The position numbers and the translations under genes were made by a program. A stretch of 36,461 nucleotides of DNA. Origin: Hydrurus foetidus (lineage: Eukaryota). Positions 25,785 to 35,988 of the stretch are shown here, one piece after another. The DNA is taken from assembly GCA_900617105.1 (NCBI GenBank), contig UYFQ01000527.1, forward strand, positions 1-36,461, read 5' to 3'. Numbering within the stretch: position 1 is the first letter of the stretch; every line of letters starts with the position of its first letter. The notes beneath the pieces are model-generated. The model did no database searches. It saw only the letters and a program-made list of their open reading frames with translations, and had not been told where the DNA came from.

Positions 25785-26615
25785 TTACTTCTTCTTGAGG
25801 TAAGCGAGCATGGTGTCAGCGTCTGATACTTCGAAGGGATCAGCGCCGAAGTTCTGCACTGGTGCACCACCTTCGATGAATATCTTCTCCACTTTGTTGT
25901 CATTAATCACCACGGAGTATCTCCAAGATCGCTCACCGAACCCACGGTTGCTGTCCCACACTGTGCTCATACCCATGCCACGAGTGAACAGTGCGGCACC
26001 ATCAGGAAGCATTTTTACTTTTTTGAAGTTACCAGGGTTCAGGGGATTGGTGCAGTCCTTATCTTCGGGTGTGAGTTTCTGATGTACACCCCACTGTCTC
26101 ATCACGAAAGCGTCATTCACTGATAAGCAGTAAATATCATCGATACCGCAAGACTTGATGGCTTCATAGTGCTTCTCGTAGCCTGGCAAGTGTGTCGAAG
26201 AGCACGTAGGTGTAAAGGCTCCGGGCAGACAGAATACCACTGACCGCTTGCCCTTGAATAAGTCGTTGGACGTCACATCCTTCCAGTCGAAAGGATTCTC
26301 ACCACCGATCTTCTCATCTCTCACGCGGGCTTTAAATGTTACGATTGGGATAGCGTCGCCTTCCTATGTAACAGTCGCGCCGAGACAGCCATTTCAGAGA
26401 CCGAATAAAAGAAGTGGAAGGAAAGCGAACTTGTCTGCTGACTGACCTTAGCTGCGGATGAAGCTGTACGTATAGAGGACTTGACCTGTAGGAGCAGTTT
26501 TATGTTTAGCCGTCGTCATCATAAAGGGGGAAATATAGTACAATAGACTCACCGGAGCGCTTTTACAGGCGTGACCAACAGAGCGGACTGCTGAGAAGAC
26601 GGTTGTAGTGAACAT
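25785..26615 (-). CDS. Peroxiredoxin, Prx5/type-II family, probably mitochondrion-targeted, 3 exons
   Basis: PGAFTPTCSSTHLPG, CLSVNDAFVM, RSWRYS. The spliced leader MFTTTVFSAVRSVGHACKSAP|VKSSIRTASSAAK|EGDAIP is S/T/R-rich and has no acidic residues. Confidence 0.92.
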
Positions 26616-26683
26616 TATAGTGTGAATTGGAGAGAAGTATCAGGTAAAGAGTTCATACGTGGTAGGCTGAATGTATCGTGCAT

Positions 26684-26711
26684 CATGCAGCATGCAGCAT
26701 GCAGCATGCAG
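26684..26711. repeat. (CATGCAG)4 microsatellite abutting the hAT insertion site
   Basis: Read directly from the sequence. Confidence 0.9.
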
Positions 26712-26759
26712 CAGAGCTGCGTAGGCCAATATGCAAAATCGTATAAAGTTTAACATAGA

Positions 26760-28017
26760 CTCAACCGGTTGGTTTGGGGTTTGTGATCTATACGGTTATT
26801 CAAAATACAGAATATGAATATTCAGGAGTGATGCGGTCACATTTGAGCTCTATCGATGAGAAATTTATTACTTAGACGTATTTTCATTCGTTGACACTTT
26901 GTGAGTGTCCTAAAAGTTGTCTGCTCTATGTGATGGCATGCTTAACTTTTTGAAACGAAAGTTCATATTTAGTGGAAGCGAGTTTTGTACTTTTCAAAAT
27001 ACAGAATACGAATTTTCAGGAGTGTTCCCTTAATTGAAAACCTTGTAACTTCTTAAAGACATATCGGATTGAGCTAAGAAATGGAGGACATGTAGCTGAC
27101 AATAGGGTCTACAAACGCTGTTGGTTAGCCTAAGTAAAAATGCTTCTAGAATGATAAAGAACAAAAGCAAGATTTCACACTCAAAAGCGCCAAATTCTCA
27201 ACTTCATGGATATAGGTCCAAGAAAGTTTTTGAAGATGAACAAATGACGCCCGCATATAAGTTAACAGTCAGGATTTTCAGGAGAAAGATCACAAACAAT
27301 TACTCAGTGCGCTTTCAATATCTGCGTTTTCGCCAAAAACGACCCAAAATGCGCGAAGAAGGGCAACCCACGCCAAACTTGCCGCTGAAGATGAAAACAC
27401 GTAAGAAGTTGGGAAAACTCTATTCTTATATGTTAAGACAAGTGCGTAAACAAGCCACCCTAGAAATTACTTTCTACAACGAGTCACTCATATTTGAAAT
27501 TGTGCAAACGAATAACGATACTTTCACAGTTGAGAACACAGCAACCAGCAATCACCAAGTCACAGAAATTTGCGCACTACAATTCAGCACTATAAAATGC
27601 TTGTATACTAAGTTACAGTCCATAGCAATGCAAACTGACGGCAAAAATTTCCAAAAATTGACTCAGGACGGCTCCACGACCAAATATCTTCACAAGGAAG
27701 CCGCAGAAAGCCCAAAGAAGCGCGGAATCAAGTCGGGAGGACTCGAATTAGTTGGGAGATGACATGTCATTGTGCTCCAGTCAGAAATGAATGTTTTAGA
27801 TTTTCCTGCACGCTGGTGAGAGCTTAAAAGACAGGAGACAGTAATCTCAAAAGACAGGAGACGAAACGAGGGTTCAGTGGTGAAATGAGCCCGATCGTTT
27901 TGGAGAATCTGAAAATGCAGGAGACGGGTCCGATTGAGTGTGCGGGTTCATTTTTTTCAAAAAAAAAGTCAATAAGTTTTCGTAGACTCAACTCCGTAGT
28001 TGTTCCAACCGGTTGAG
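26760..28017. mobile_element. Non-autonomous TIR element (1258 bp) with 13-bp TIR and possible 2-bp TSD (GA), superfamily uncertain
   Basis: CTCAACCGGTTGG at 26760-26772 and CCAACCGGTTGAG at 28005-28017, with GA on both flanks. Internal ~30-bp direct repeat TTCAAAATACAGAATAyGAATwTTCAGGAGTG (~26799, ~26993) and three CAGGAGAC repeats near the right end. Confidence 0.7.
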
Positions 28018-28497
28018 GAAAATATATATAAGCATATATGCACGTTTCACAGATTTGTATATATACCGTCGCCGTCCCTTTGTTTGCGGAGGGGTTGAGT
28101 GTATACCTGTGACATAGGACTCCTTTTTGTCCGAAGACAAGTATATTCTCTCTAATGCATACTTTACATTCAGAGCACAACTGCTCCAACAAATAAACTC
28201 CTCCTGAAATTCTGAGTAGAGGGTTTCGTCACTTTTGATCTCCTTCCTCTTGCTGCAAAAGGATTTGCTTGTCTGAGAGCTCTTTATATCCCTGGAAGTT
28301 TTGAAAGGAGTCCTCATCATTTTCTACACGGTAAGTTTGGAGCTCAACATCTTTTCAGCAGTTGGCAACTGTGGCAATTTCAAGGCAGATTCATATCATA
28401 TTTGTTACAAGAAATCGTAATTCGAAATGTGCCGCAGGCCACGAGGTCTGGTTGATTTTCAAATTGACATCTCAAAATATTATCTTACGTTACAGTC

Positions 28498-29308
28498 ATG
28501 GTCCGGATATTTGATTTTGATTGCCGAGCAACTGGACTATTCGCCTTGGATAAAGGGATCAAGGTCAGGAGAGGCTCAACTTGCAGGCTGAAGCGGAATT
28601 TCAACAATCCGCATGGTAATTAGTCGTGGATCTCTTGGAGCTATTTTTGTAAACAAATTTTATCGAGGAAACTTTTCAACAGAGATAGTTCTAATTTTTG
28701 ATTGCTGATTGATGGTGGCTTATCAACGTTCATTGTAAGCGAGGCGAATCGCTGCTCAAATTTTCTGTATATTTCTTACTTGCAGTATTTGAGATAAACT
28801 GTGGTGCATTATACTGCTGTATGAACCTCAATACTGTTGAGCATTGCTTTCCTTCTGCGCTTCTACACTGACTACTTTTGTTATTCTATTTATTCTCCCT
28901 AAATTCAATGCTCTGTGGCATTTCATTTGCCAATAACTTCCTTGCTCATAAGATGTTAATTTATATTTGATTTATTTGTTGACCAATTATGTTGTAACTT
29001 CAGATGCGAACTGCATTCAAGTGCGAGCACCGGACAACATGGACGGCAGCAATAGTGGAAGCTACGAGCCTGGAGAGCATATTGGACACTTGGGAAGGGA
29101 GTGGGCAGCTAAGCTAGCTCCAATTATAGATTATCTTCTTGCATCAAATACACTATACTCTGTTACATTCGAATGCTGTTTGTGTGACGGTGACACTTCA
29201 CACGCCCGAAATGGTTACACGCTTAATATTGTTGTATCCAGTACCAATAAGGAAGAATTTAATCAAAATCTTTTATCACTCCTCCGTGAAAGTCATCTGC
29301 AGTGCTAA
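28498..29308 (+). CDS. Stand-alone HIRAN-domain-like protein (~140 aa, 2 exons) carried inside the pogo element
   Basis: Exons 28498-28615 and 29004-29308 are joined by a phase-1 GT-AG intron: ..CRATGLF..GSTCRLKRNFNNPH|DANCIQVR..EHIGHLGREWAAKLAPIID.., matching the HIRAN pattern L.RE..NP.D.NAI.V..IG.L.R..A..LAP..D. Confidence 0.72.
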
Positions 29309-29453
29309 TTCGCTTTCGTATTCTGCAGTACTATGTATTAACTGATAATTGATTGAACATCCAAATTACAATGATTAAATTTCTATTATTTAGCGTATGT
29401 AATTAATTATTATTTTATGTCAACACAATTTTTTTGTATCGAATAATGTAGAA

Positions 29454-31853
29454 TCACAAGTTTGCAATAAAATTCATTGCCTCTGTAATCTCATGATCAT
29501 ACTGTAACATTGCACTATCATATTCTAAAATAGCATTTAAGCCTGGTATTACACCACTTAATTCATCAAGAACAACGTCATCATTATCAGTGCTGCCAGG
29601 AGCAGCATTTTCACTCAAGGTCTCGGATGTTCCCGTGGGTGTAATTTTCATGGTGCCACATATGTTATGTTTTGAGTACTGTTTAAATACTGGTTGCGAA
29701 ACATCGCTGTCATCAAGTTGGGCACATCCTGTGCTAACGAACGACCTTTTTACACCATCAACGAACTTCTTTTCTCTGAATCCTCCAGCAATTAGGTCGA
29801 ATAGATCTTGGATCCCTTGTAGCATTTCGGGTTTGGGGGGTTGGAAAGTTGGCAACGTACGTACGTGTACATCTCTTTGTGATTCCTCTTTGTGCTGCTT
29901 GATGAAATCTTGGAAACTATCCACTATCCTAGCGCCTCTAAGATTTCTTGTGTGTGCTTTTAGTGGTCCGTTAACAACCAAATCTAACACTTGTAAAATG
30001 CCTGTCATATTGGGGGGTAGACATGCTATTTGTACCCCTAACTCACTGATCACGTCATCAACTACTGCTGTTTTATGACAACCACAATTATCAAACCATA
30101 TCAGCAACTTACCTAACTTCTCTTTTAATGGCTTTACTATAGTTTCTAACCACATTATCATTCTAATTGAGTCGTTCCATGCTTTGTACTGGCTAGTTAT
30201 GACATTACCTGTAACATTGTTGATGATATAGTAACATGCATGAATATTTGTAACACCTTTGATTGTCAACTCTTTTGTCCACTTGATTAGATTCCACCCA
30301 TCATCAACACCGAATCCTTTGTTCTTGCTATGTAGATCTCTAATAACTCTCATTCCTGACTGATCTGGCCTATCTTCTGAGCTAACTGAGTGCTTAATTA
30401 TGACGAATAAAGGTAAGAACTCACCATTACCACTCACCGCAACAACTGCTGTTATTCGCAGGAAGGTATTAGGGATTCCAATATTTTGGGCGCGTTGCTG
30501 ATCAGGCGGACAATACATGTACTCGGGTCCTATCGCGTAAGTAAAAGCTGTTTCATCCATATTTATTGTTGTGTCTCTATTGTGTCCAAAGTCTTTGTAC
30601 ATTTTTTGACCAACGTTCATTATTCTTCTTACTTCCTCATCTGATGGCACGTTTTTATCATCAGTTGTTATTTTACGTCTCCGCATGTTAGCCCTAGTCA
30701 ACAACTTTCTAACCCAATGTGAGCTGAACTCAAGCGCTTGTATTTTCTCATCGCTAATCCATCTTTCACTTGCTTGCACTTTGATTGCAGCTTGCTTGAT
30801 AATCGCATAAGTGTACGCGACGCTCACCAATATGCGTGAAACATTTGTGATGACGCCGCCGACCTGTAGAGATGTACGCATGTACGTTACATAGATTAGG
30901 TTTTAGGTTGTGATAGTAGTTTGTATACCATATGATGATTCACAATACTATCACCCAAGTAAATACCATAATATACTTGGCTAAATTTGATGCACTGTAT
31001 TTGATGAACTTTTATACTATTAGATGCGACTTACATTTTGTTGCTCAATTTCACATATCATTAAACTACCCCAGATATCAGCCTCGAACTCACTGGAAAT
31101 TTTCCTTCCCGATATTTGTTTGACAACATTCCTTTTCATTATCCATCTTACTATTGTTTCTACTACTAGTTCAGAGTATCATGCATACTTTATCAGAATT
31201 TCTTTGCTATGCGTAGCCGTTACAATATTGTTTGCTTTATAAGCCTCACCCTCTGGGTCACTACGAGCTGTAACAACTGCATCAAATAGCGCTATAACTA
31301 ATTGAACTTCATGCAGCTTAAACTTAATATTCTTGTTAGGGAACTTGCCCAAAACTTCGTACACTGCTGGATGGTTGAGAATCTGTGATTCAGTCACCGA
31401 GTCGTTGTCTTCCTCGTCGAAGATATTGCGACACACTGCTTCTAAAGCACCAGAGCTTCTGTATGCTGATTCTCTTACTGCTGCATCAATGTACATAGTT
31501 GGTGATTCACTTGAGGCACAAATTCTTGTCGACACATAGTCGTAAACTTCCTTCCCGTATCTTCTCATCTGCCTATCGCCTATGTCTTCACCTCTTTTTC
31601 GACACTTATTTGATACATTTGCCTTTTCACTCTCGTGTAACTGACTCAGCCATAAAACACCATATATTTCACTTACTGAAACGTGTTTTGAAGTGACTCT
31701 GAAAGTATTGTTGAGCAGTCTATTTGCTAAGTTACTGATCTCTGAAACTAAACAGTCAAGTGTTTTCATTGAGTTTAAGATAATGTCCGCTCCCCTGCTT
31801 CTGGCTGCCAAGTCCATGAAAGCTTCCAGTTTCATCACTCCTTTCACACTCAT
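29454..31853 (-). pseudogene. pogo/CENP-B-type DDE_1 transposase (~740 codons spliced) with one in-frame TGA at 31179-31181
   Basis: The frame continues past the TGA (KYA*YSELVVETIVRW..GRKISSEFEADIW). Intron 30864-31034 (GTAAGT..CAG). HTH-CENPB-like FSSHWVRKLLTR..RRRKIT; triad NMDET / WFDN / QVLD with 35-aa spacing. Confidence 0.9.
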
Positions 31854-32578
31854 ACTTATGATCGTGCAACCTAGTTACTCAATTGTTTTCCTGAAGATGA
31901 CCAGACCTTGATGCAGAGCCAATACATCGAATCGAAAATTGTGATGTCCGTCAAGATCGTTCGAATGCAGCTGGGCAGCCAGAGCATCAACCGACCACTG
32001 GTAGTTCAGAGGTAGACTAGGACGACAAATAAGCGCAATAGCGACAGAATAAGCGCACAACTCGACGGCAAGAGATGTCATCTGCATCAATTGGATGCAA
32101 TAGTTAAAAAATTATATTTAAAAATATTGCGAAGATGCTGGCCTGCGGCACATTATCGATTCTCAAAGAGAAGGTACTAATGAAGTTATCTGACATAACA
32201 GAAGTTGGCTACAGCCCTTGGATATCTTATCATATACTCCTAAACATTGTCATGTCAAATAATGATCGATATGACGTATTCAGAGAATTCTCGATCAATT
32301 TCTACCTATCCAATTTAATATCGCAGGACAGCAGAGATCCCTTTTGCACAGACTAGAAACACTGAACACTTTGCAACAAGGTGGTCAATTCGCTGATATC
32401 GACTTCTGACAATGACTGCAGTTCGATATTTGCAAATAACTGAAAATTGGACAGAAAGGAGTCCTATGTCACGGGAAATCCGCAAACAAAGGGACGGCGA
32501 CGGTATAAGCAACATATGCAAAGTACATACGTGTGCATCGTACCGTACTTACGTACGTTTTGTCCTTTTGGGGATTTA

Positions 32579-32786
32579 TTGTGCCGGTCATAACTATACG
32601 ACGGAGCCGCAAATAAAAACGATTTTTTTTTGCGGAACAGTCCCCAAAACCGGATTTTGAGGCAAAAAGAAGATTATTTTCACGGTTTTGAAATAAAAAT
32701 CGTTAAAAAAATCGAAAATCTGTGGATTGTTCCGCAAAAAAAAAGGTTCCCCCAAAAAAGTCGTCGTATAGATATGACCGGCACAA
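32579..32786. mobile_element. MITE, 208 bp, TA-flanked
   Basis: 25-bp TIR TTGTGCCGGTCATAwCTATACGACG with 1 mismatch. Inner IR T8-GCGGAACArTCC. TA at 32577-32578 and 32787-32788. Confidence 0.9.
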
Positions 32787-32798
32787 TATCTATATATT

Positions 32799-33005
32799 TG
32801 TGACGTTATGTCGGAACCTTCGGGCCTTAGTGGTCAGAGGATTGGAATCCATCCGCCGGCCTTGCAACCGGTTTCGATCCTCTCTTAAACATTGTGCGCT
32901 ATGAGGGAGCTCCGTACGCGTGGCACGGAGTCACACAGTATGGTCTAATAAGAAGGATTCTGCCTTCGAAGCTTTCAGCTGAGAGCTGTACGGAGTAACA
33001 TCACA
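32799..33005 (-). ncRNA. Candidate structured RNA of unknown class
   Basis: GC-rich island with a 10-bp closing helix and several hairpins that need G-U pairs available only on the minus strand, including a GCAA tetraloop. Confidence 0.35.
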
Positions 33006-33054
33006 CCTCAAAAAGATTCTCTATTGCAAAATTGTCTCTTATTACTTATTGGAA

Positions 33055-35282
33055 CTAATTATCAAAAGCATCATTCGCACCGATAGCTGAAGCAGCGTGA
33101 ATAAGTAAATCAATCAACGCATTGCGGCCCATAACTGGAATTTCTGCGTCGTAGTCAATATCATCCTCGTCATCACTAGCATAGTCAGCACCTGCGTCTC
33201 GAGCGATAGCATCATTGAGTGACTCCACTGCAGCATCAACTGCGATTTCCTCCTGAACATCCCTAAAAATTTCCTTCAGGCGATCTATGTACAGTACTTC
33301 TGCAGGTTGTTCCCTTCTATTCTCGATCATTTTGTATGTCGACTCTAACTCCATCAGCGCTGATGTGGATGCGTGATGTTGTTGGTTTCTGACGGTGGTT
33401 CGATGCTTCTTGACCTGCTTGTTCATGCGCTCCGATTCCCCCTGGCCGCTGTATCAGTTAATCAATTTTCTATACAACTCCAGGCCCACTACTTCGTCTG
33501 AAAGAGAACAAGCAATTATGTAGAAATCGTCCGGGGTGGAAGTGTCAGCCGATAGTTTCATACTCGGATCGGCAAAGAGACCTGATTTTGACCTTAGATT
33601 ATTGAGGACAACGATAGCCTTGAGCTGATCGCTGATTGACGGATAGTACCGTTGAATTACGTCATTAATTGCTGCCTTTCCACCTTCAGGAGCGTAGAGT
33701 TCTCCATTTTCAGTGTAAATGTTCTTCGGATAAACCATTGCTGCGGCGAGGCACAACTTTGTGACGATGTCAACTCTTCTTTTGTCGCAGAGATTTCTGA
33801 TTTTTTCAGCCAGGTCAGGATCAATGACGGGAAAGTCTCCCTCAGCTTTCATTGCTCCCTTCATACTCTGTACGATTGATCGTTCAAAAACGAGCGCCAT
33901 TTGACCTAAATTCGGTGCATTGCTATCAGAAATTCTCAGCGCAGTTCTTATAGGCACCTCGACCACGCTTGCTCATTCAAAATAAAATCATTCCGTAGGC
34001 TGATGTGCTCAGCCTTCAAGTCAGAGCTTGAGCGTGGTTGCAGTAACTCTCGTAATTCAGCCGATGTCCAAAACGTTTGGAGTTGATCTTTATCCGCTAC
34101 AATACGATCGACCGAGTAGATATGGGAGGCAAACCGCGTCTCACAGGTTCCCAGTAGCATAAGAGTGTTGGGCATTTTCTTGAAAAGAGCATAGACAGCA
34201 TCATGATTTAAAATAAATTTCACCAACCTCACGCAGAGATTGATTTCCCATAAGAAGAGTTTCCCAATGTCGGATATAAGCAAATTACACCCATGGGTCG
34301 AACAGCGTTGCGGGAATATTTTATGCATCGATTCCTTCTCCCAAATTAACCTCATTATTTTTTTCCATGCCCCATCCAATGCTACAATGAAAACATTCTC
34401 TTCTCCCACATCAGCAATCGCAGAGATGATATCATCTAAGATGTACTGTGCGTCCTTGAAATGGCCCGTAGCATCCGTCGATTGGGCAAAGAAAGCTCCC
34501 AAAGGGGTAATCAACACAGAGTTGATCAAGCTTCTTTTACGCCACTTTGCCCCGTCGTTGCAAAGAGTTCCAGCGATACATGATAACCCAGATAAAGGAT
34601 GTGCTTTTGCTGCTCGAACTCGTTTCAGCTCGGTGAAGAGGACCCTTTCCAATTTGTCAGGATTCTCTTGTATAGCCTCCGCTAATAAATTATGGGCGTT
34701 CACTCCGAAGTCGTGGCGTTTCGGGGGAAGATAGAGCGGCCCTGCGTCTCTCAAAGCTGTTATCATTTTTCTGAATACAGGTTTTTCCACGATAGATGGA
34801 GCAATTCCGCAAAGGACTATGAACTGCATAATTGCAGCATCGGCACTAGGTCTGCTCATACTTTAGAGAGCCTGATTGATCACGGGTTGAATTGCAACCT
34901 TGCTGAAAGATCTTTTCCTATCTTTCTTCGCCTGTTCCGCGATTCTCGTGGCGATGGCTTTTCGGATTTGCTCCGTTAAAAGCGGGGGCCAGTCTTCCTT
35001 GCGTTGGCAGCCACTTATTCTCTGAGAGCTGAGTTCATCACTGAAGTGAGCATAGACCATAGCGGGTTGCCCGTTAATTCGCCTCCTGCAAAATTTGCAC
35101 TCGTAGGTATTGTTGGCACCCTTCTTGCCTATCAGCCACGTAAATTGAAGGATGGGCTCCCTCGGCTGGGTAAATATAGACGCCTCATTCGGAGCACGCA
35201 GTAACGTTGTTCCCATAAGATCACCGACAGAGCTGGATGACGCTGAAGCTTGAGCAGCACCATTTCCCAAGAAATTTTCCAT
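33055..35282 (-). pseudogene. hAT transposase (BED zinc finger, DUF659-type DDE core, C-terminal dimerisation-like motif), inactivated
   Basis: YECKFC..HF..C; CNDGA..SLIN, VGEENVFIVALDGA, RCSTHGCNL, ETRFAS, LRISDS..P, SGQGESER. Lesions: in-frame TAA at 34863-34865, frameshift near 33960, in-frame TGA at 33454-33456. Confidence 0.9.
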
Positions 35283-35806
35283 GGTTGACTCTACTGATCT
35301 ATTTAATATTTGATGCCTGACATCTGACCAATTGAAAATAGTCAACATGCTGAACATATCATAACCATCAGCGGCTCATATCGTAAGAACAGGCCTAATT
35401 CAGAGAGATTATCGGATGATCTGTTATAGGCCTATTATAGAGGGTTATACTTACTTTGCATATTTGGCTTGTTATCGATATATATAAGCAAATATGCAAA
35501 AAAAAGGATCTGGTGGCACATATGCTTATTGCATATTGGCCTACGCAGCAGCAGAGAGCAGAGAGCAAAGGACATCTTCTGCATGATGTGACATCACAAG
35601 ATTAGCCGTAGACTGTAAGAATTTTCGGGATAATCCCGTATTTTACGGTTCAATTATGCTGACAGCAGTGACTATGGCGTGCCAAAGGTGTTTTTATTAT
35701 TTTCACCGTTTTCCCGAGGATCCCGTACTTTTCTTTCTCCGCTCCTACCCTCGCATCTCCAAACTCCAAACCATCATACTCCTCTCAACTCATAGCACTG
35801 TAGAAA

Positions 35807-35988
35807 ATGCAGCTTCACTCCAGTTGGAAAAGTGAATCAGCAGTTCCTCAAGATGTCTATCATAGCAGCTATAGCCGCTACTACTACCTTTGGAAATTTT
35901 CATCACGAGAGATATCAAGCATCCCGAAGACTCATGAAAACAGGAGATTTCACCATCTCCAAACCATACAGAGTATCTGCGACAGCAG
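35807..35988 (+). other. Possible first exon of a downstream host gene
   Basis: ATG-initiated open frames end at a strong CAG|GTAAGA donor near 35988, after a pyrimidine-rich leader. No recognisable domain. Confidence 0.25.

Larger units (their letters stand above)
28066..32503 (-). mobile_element. pogo-like (Tc1/mariner superfamily, DD35D) transposon, 4438 bp, TA TSD
   Basis: Perfect 25-bp TIR CCGTCGCCGTCCCTTTGTTTGCGGA at 28066-28090 and 32479-32503. Inner 24-bp IR at 28109-28132 and 32449-32472 with 1 mismatch. TA at 28064-28065 and 32504-32505. Confidence 0.95.
26716..35549 (-). mobile_element. hAT-superfamily DNA transposon, decayed, carrying three nested insertions
   Basis: Perfect 21-bp TIR GCTGCGTAGGCCAATATGCAA at 26716-26736 and 35529-35549. 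Flanking direct repeat AGCAGA at 26710-26715 and 35550-35555. Subterminal TATAAGCA-n-ATATGCA repeats near both ends. Internal hAT transposase. Confidence 0.9.

Noticed and set aside
27121..27762. 213-aa ORF inside the 1.26-kb element
   Set aside because: Non-ATG start and no recognisable motif. Treated as a chance ORF in a non-autonomous repeat.
32810..32960. Hammerhead, HDV-like ribozyme or group II domain V match in the structured region
   Set aside because: Partial words occur (GAAAC, CUGA, GCUCCCUCAUAGC), but I could not assemble a complete catalytic core by eye. Left as an unclassified RNA candidate.
31179..33456. Both transposases contain in-frame TGA-TAC, suggesting readthrough, selenocysteine or a variant code
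   Set aside because: Host genes here use TGA as a normal stop, and the hAT also has a TAA and a frameshift. Simple decay explains it.
26716..35549. Fanzor/TnpB RNA-guided nuclease associated with the transposons
   Set aside because: No RuvC plus Zn-ribbon TnpB-like motifs were seen in any ORF.
35600..35750. Possible MITE remnant with ATCCCGTA repeats
   Set aside because: No convincing TIR pair or TSD.
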